This document shows positions 63,779-64,000 of a stretch of DNA of 64,000 bases, piece after piece. The DNA comes from Lama glama. Taxonomy: Eukaryota. The translations under genes were made by a program, and so were the position numbers. The number at the start of each line of letters is the position of its first letter. Position 1 is the stretch's first letter. The DNA is taken from assembly GCA_028534125.1 (NCBI GenBank), contig CM052816.1, positions 25,980,001-26,044,000 on the forward strand, in the 5' to 3' direction. Below the pieces are notes generated by a model that had not been told where the DNA came from, did not search any database, and saw only the letters and a list, made by a program, of their open reading frames with translations.

Positions 63779-64000
63779 TGTGGCAGTGAAAGTTTTGCCA
63801 AAACATGGCCTCCGTACCCCGCTTACAGAATTGAGACTCAAGGACAGAGTTTTGGATGAAGTAGAAAAGGCAGTTTTATTTCTTTGCCAGGCAGAGGAGG
63901 TCACAGTGAGCTAATGTCTCTAAGACTATGAGCCTGCTCTGGAGAGAAGGCCGGAGCTTTTATAGTAAAATTTCAAGAGTTCAAGGGATGGAGCTAGTTT
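63779..64000 (-). mobile_element. ERV LTR running off the window end
   Basis: Starts tgtggc; AATAAA on minus at 63875-63880 and TATAAAA on minus at 63958-63964, in the expected order. Confidence 0.7.

Noticed and set aside
1..64000. tRNA, snRNA, rRNA or known miRNA genes; assignment to a named gene locus
   Set aside because: None recognised by eye and no exon matched a known protein; an Rfam/BLAST search is needed to exclude them formally

Overview
Eutherian mammalian genomic DNA with no protein-coding gene that I can support; the ORF track is mostly short spurious frames, and the only recognisable protein similarity is a decayed LINE-1 ORF2 fragment (~12.1-12.8 kb, minus). I recognised no Alu, B1/B2, Bov-tA, PRE-1 or Can-SINE, and the short L1 3' ends look cetartiodactyl-like, so a camelid source is a tentative inference. 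The window has three zones. (1) A cluster of five ERV1-type solo LTRs, all on the minus strand, at 1.9-6.5 kb. (2) A central zone with only ancient repeats (L2, MIR, MLT1, LTR33, MER5A, MER20), short L1 ends and long unique stretches rich in homeodomain, SOX, octamer, FOX and nuclear-receptor motifs, including ~9 kb (47.2-56.1 kb) with no repeat I can recognise. This looks like a regulatory gene desert or large intron. (3) A second transposon pile-up at 56.7-64 kb (Charlie1, MLT1A, four ERV1-type LTRs, one carrying an array of CCAAT and octamer boxes). I found no convincing novel biological system. The best leads are the co-oriented LTR cluster, the CCAAT/octamer LTR promoter, candidate enhancers, and a poly(A)-only retrotransposition scar. 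Repeat family names come from recalled consensus similarity, not a database search. Boundaries without TSD support are approximate.
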